Positions 60,101 to 64,000 of a DNA stretch of 64,000 nt are shown piece by piece. The notes under the pieces are model-generated. The model had not been told where the DNA came from, searched no databases, and was given only the letters and a program-made list of their open reading frames with translations. Numbering within the stretch: position 1 is the stretch's first letter; each line of letters opens with the position of its first letter. The stretch is from contig NMRA01000747.1 of NCBI GenBank assembly GCA_002633005.1, positions 1 to 64,000 of the forward strand, read 5' to 3'. The stretch is from Phoronis australis. Taxonomy: Eukaryota > Animalia > Phoronida. Made by a program: the position numbers and the translations under genes.

Positions 60101-63100
60101 CAGTGCATTGCTACTACTTTGTATGCAAAAAGGGAAAAATTAATAAAAATTCCTTGTTTGTTCATCATGTTGTGATCTAAATTGGTGTGACTTTACCTTA
60201 GCAACAAAAACTTACGATTTCTTGAAAAATTCACATAATACAAATAATAATTTAGGTGTTGTTAGATACAGAAATCCTAACAAATTTATTGAACAGGGGC
60301 CGTTTCAAGAAAACTGACTTTAGTTACCTACTAAGACAAATCTTAAATTTCAACCAATTTTAAGATAAAAATTAAATTTGTCTCAAGTCCATTTCAAGAA
60401 TGAGTCAGATCTTAATTTTGACTAAAAGTTTTGTATAATTTTGTCTAACTTATAAAATATTGAAGTTTCAAAATTTGGAAGTTGAGACAAATCTTGGACT
60501 TAAGTCAAAAATGAAATTCAGTCATTTGCTTGGAATGCACCCCAGCCTTCCATCTTGTTCATTGTTACGAATCATTGTTAAAATTGCTGCAATAAAAAAA
60601 TCCTTGATAGTTTCACATTTACCAATTGAAAGTTTCTGTTCAAAGATTGAGATAAATTTGAATTATCTTTACATAGACTGTGGACAACTCTCGTCTGCTG
60701 ATGCGATATTTTGACGAAGACTTGGGCAAACCGCTGCCTGAAAAGGACTATGGGGGTAATTGTCTGATCTATGATCCGGACAACCCCAAAGACCCATTTC
60801 ATAATCTCTGGGTAAGGTAGTAATGGTTTGTGAGAAGTTGTATGAGGAATGGCGTTGATTTGGTTGGCATTGGCTTTACCTTTTATGGCAAGGCAAAAAG
60901 TCATTTGCGCTGGGAATTGTTGGGAAGTACCCACAGGGTTACTAGCTGAGACCCTGGTTCTCTGTTTTCAAAAACGGAGTAGTTTGTATTAGTAAATTGT
61001 TTTTGTTTTGTTCTGTAGATTAGAAAATTCCGTTTTACTATTCCAAAGTATTACATAACAAATCATTGACATTTAGTTATAAATGCATTTCAAATGAATT
61101 GATTATCAATGGTGTGTGTTATAAATCTATTTTACCTGTAAGATTCTGTGTGCCATGTAGATTCTTTAACTATTGGAAATTGGAGTAACCTGCTTCACCA
61201 CGTCCAATGCAAAGAGATCGGTGATTCAAGTTGTGACTAGAATAGGTCTTAGGTAACAAGTTGGAAGAATTTTTAATTTTCCATTTTCAAATCAAACTGA
61301 TTAGAATTCTGGTGTCTACTACTGAAATACATGAATTCCATTCAAAACCTCTCATTCTGTGCAAGAAGTGCAATTCCACGTATGTCAGTTTTCTGTCATT
61401 GCGTAAAACCAGGGTCCCTGTTGTTCCTAAAGTGTGTAAACAACTAATTTTGACGAAGCCTTGAGTCGTTTGTGTTAAGTTTTATTGTCTTAATGTTTAT
61501 CACATGTGAGCTGTAATTAGTTACCAAACGATCTGTGAGGTGTACAGAGAGCTCCGTGTCGCTTCTAAGCTGGATGTAAAACATTACCATAAATCTTTGA
61601 CTGCAGGATGCACCAGCGTGTTCTTGGGCTCCTATGATTATTTTGTTTATAGATATGGGGTGGCATGGTTACACCCTCAGTACACTGTATTTGTGTGACT
61701 TGAAGCGATTTTCTGAGGACATAGATAATAACTATAATTACAAAGAATAGGGCTGTCCCAGATTACACGGCGATAGAACTCTCCTTTTTCTCAGAGATAA
61801 CAAAGCGCGTGAACTGGTTTTGGAAATCAGGCTGTGTCTCTCATTGATGTCGGGAAGGTGAAGAATTTCAGATCACGCATCCGTGGGTATTTGTCCAGTT
61901 TATCGAACTTTTTCACGTCGGAGTTGCAGCCCACAGCACAGTTGCTGTAATACTTCGTTGGCATTGGAAGGACGAATAGAGTAATGCAACCAGTAAAAAC
62001 TTGTAAAGAATTAGACAACAGCAACAAATAACGTGAAACTCTAGGGGCATGAAAACGAGGCAGCAAATGTGCCTGACGGATTTTTACGGCATTGTGGGTA
62101 AATACAGCGAGATTCGAGTGTTGCTGTGTAATCCGGGACTGCCCTATTATGTTGACTTTTTAATAAGTTACTGCATTTAAATACTGTTTTTCTGCAATTT
62201 TTGTTGAACAATTGATAAAATACTCTTTTCTATACGCAATGCTTTATTTGTCGAATCCTGTAATGTTAACTAACTACTATTGCTGTTTCAGTTATTGGTC
62301 AAGCCCTCTTGGAGAAAAATTCACTAACACAATCATGTACTCTTCAACTGGAATTGTATCAAATTGAATATTAAAGTGGCCATAAACTCACCTTCCATCA
62401 AAAAACAGCTTTTGATTTAGGCCACTTACCGTTACGAAGTTGGTCTCAAATTGTTCCTTTGTCAAAGTAGGTGTGATTTCTCTGGGTTTCGAAATAACTC
62501 ATCTGAAACTTCACGGAGACCAGACTCTACAAGTTGTCTTGTCATGGCATGTTACATAATTGTGTCAAACATGGTTCAGAGCATGAATAAGCTGTCAGTT
62601 ATTCGCACTGTCAGTTATTCGCACTGTCAGAAATCACTTCTCGTCTAAGTAAGGAGTGGGTTGAGACAAATTTCATAGCGGAAAGTGACCTAAATCAAAA
62701 GTTAGTTTTTTCCACAAGTTGTGAATTGATAAAGCACTTTAAGAGAGGTTGTTGTTGGGCCGGGTAGTCACTGTAGCAGACGTGCTCGGATGGCGTGACA
62801 ATTCCATAATATAACACTGAACAATACTCCATTGAATTTGTGATCTTTGTGGAAAGAATTGGTGTTTTCGATTTGTGTAGCCCATGTGAATGTCTTTGTG
62901 GCAGTCAGTGAATTTTTCCCAAGCCCGCATAACCTATGTTTCTGTTTCCTATTTCATGTCGACATTGTAACAGGACAAAACGGATGTGTTTGTACCCTCC
63001 CATTTGGCTGGTTGGTATGTCAAGGTAACGTAGCCTCTCTTTGAGACACGGCCAAGCCGTGAAGTGTTCGTAGCAGTTAAGTTGTTTTCTGTAGTTGTTA

Positions 63101-63187
63101 AGTTGTAGTTGATCTTTGTTTTGATTTACCATTTAGGATAAAATGGATCCGTTTGTTCCGTGTCATTTCTTTGGTTGGTGGCTGAAG
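48187..63187 (+). CDS. PTDSS2: Phosphatidylserine synthase 2, first six coding exons (gene continues beyond the window)
   Basis: Exons 48187-48314, 56773-56874, 58159-58241, 59204-59271, 60677-60811 and 63137-63187 are GT-AG and in frame: ...[23 protein letters not shown]...[12 protein letters not shown]...[38 protein letters not shown]...[44 protein letters not shown]. An acceptor at 48158 implies an upstream non-coding exon. Confidence 0.95.
48301..55190 (+). repeat. Direct duplication (48301-52251 vs 52253-55190) joined at a single N; likely two alleles
   Basis: The second copy starts with the last 14 nt of PTDSS2 coding exon 1 right after N52252, and both copies end in gtttcacaaa. Confidence 0.9.
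51428..52007 (-). mobile_element. Possible solo LTR
   Basis: TGT...ACA ends, minus-strand TATAAAA (~51773) and AATAAA (~51588), and imperfect atat/gtat flanks. Confidence 0.3.
55057..55500. repeat. ~153-bp tandem repeat x3
   Basis: atgaagga...tag/gtgtgtttatatt...ggataaaagggaa...aagtttcacaaa starts at about 55057, 55209 and 55363. Confidence 0.85.
56488..56689. repeat. ~200-bp near-perfect inverted repeat (foldback) 84 nt upstream of a PTDSS2 exon
   Basis: aattttattgtaattaaattgccaagcaaccatttttaat...ggagacatactttt...ggttaaatctca.gaatt is mirrored exactly on the right arm. Confidence 0.9.
56995..57237 (-). mobile_element. PIF/Harbinger-type MITE, family copy 3 (left TIR decayed)
   Basis: Reverse-complement match to copies 1 and 2 (gacaaatcttaaacttaagtcaaaaatgaacttaagtcagtttc); the right end is followed by CAG. 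Confidence 0.75.
58771..59111. mobile_element. Tc1/mariner-like MITE containing a 32-bp minisatellite
   Basis: TA|CAGTGAAAACCAAAA ... TTTTGGTTTGCATTG|TA; internal array of about 7 copies of cagaattccccatgacaacggctcagtgctag at 58805-59037. Confidence 0.7.
60297..60542 (-). mobile_element. PIF/Harbinger-type MITE, family copy 4
   Basis: TIRs gggccgtttcaagaaaactgac / gtcatttgcttggaatgcaccc, with a CAG/CAG TSD. Confidence 0.8.
61749..62145 (-). mobile_element. Internally deleted THAP-bearing DNA transposon (ISL2EU/Harbinger-like)
   Basis: TIRs agggctgtcccagattacacggcga / ttgctgtgtaatccgggactgccct with AT flanks. The minus-strand peptide from 61964, [16 protein letters not shown]...[13 protein letters not shown], resembles a THAP-domain N-terminus. 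Confidence 0.7.
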
Positions 63188-64000
63188 GTAAGCGATGAAT
63201 GAGAACCATAGATGCCACTGAACCTGTGTCTGTCTGGCATTTCTTGCTCTACCCACTCTCATTTATCACATGGAACAGGCCTGGGCTGTGTAAGATGACA
63301 CAACGTTATTCACTGGATATCTGCACGAACAGTTCTGAACTTAAATTCACACATTCTGATTTTTTTTTCCAAAGCTCACATGCCTTTATAGCTAGCCATC
63401 TCTTGATGTGTAACAGTTGTTTGACTACATAATGCCTGCTTGACCCATGTGTCGACTGACTGTTGCCTTTATCGTGTAAATAAACATTCTGCAGCTGAAC
63501 CTGACAACTAATCCCACTGATGATCAATCGTTTGGTGGTCTCATATCGAATACCCTCTTCAAAGGACACTTTTATCAATATGCAGTTTTCTTCAAAACCT
63601 CAAACCAAAAGCTTTGGCTCTTCGAAAGTGAATTACTGGAAACCTGTTTCGAATACCACAAACTTCTCTGTCGCAACCCAGAACAACAAGGCTATAAATT
63701 AAATCATCAGTTTGAGGTTGTGCTGACATTTTTCTGAACTTCAAAAAAGGTTTAAGCAATGCCAACTGCAGGAGGCGAGTGTTTTGTGAATAGTTGTCAG
63801 TTGCTGTACACAGTTGGTAACAATTGGAAATGACCCAAACGTTTTGTCTGCACGTTTGAATATTTCTTTTAGTCGTGCGATCAATTTTATTTTCCGTGAA
63901 TTGTGTGAAGGTGTTCATTCTCATGTAGTATCGTGTCACAAGCATATTGCACACTTGTTTGTTGTCTTGCTGTGATGTGCGCTCTGAGTGGGCTTCTATC

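Overview
Eukaryotic (metazoan, probably marine invertebrate) genomic DNA with spliced genes, from a draft assembly containing N gaps. Four intron-containing genes were reconstructed by hand: the 5' part of a PNPLA2/ATGL-type patatin lipase (-), a complete 11-exon fatty acyl-CoA reductase (FAR1-like, 515 aa, +), a complete 5-exon RPS13/uS15 (-), and the first six coding exons of phosphatidylserine synthase 2 (PTDSS2, +). The human orthologues of all four lie on 11p15. Intergenic and intronic DNA holds MITEs, an Academ-type XPG/CXC transposon relic, a THAP-bearing ISL2EU-like element, SINE/LINE relics and mini/microsatellites. Three apparent tandem duplications each abut an N junction and are probably uncollapsed alleles. 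The main hunt result is a segment of RPS13 intron 1 that resembles the 18S rRNA ES6/helix-22 region bound by uS15, and may be an rRNA-mimic autoregulatory splicing element. A decayed minimal hammerhead ribozyme motif lies in a PNPLA2 intron. Most entries in the supplied ORF track are spurious.
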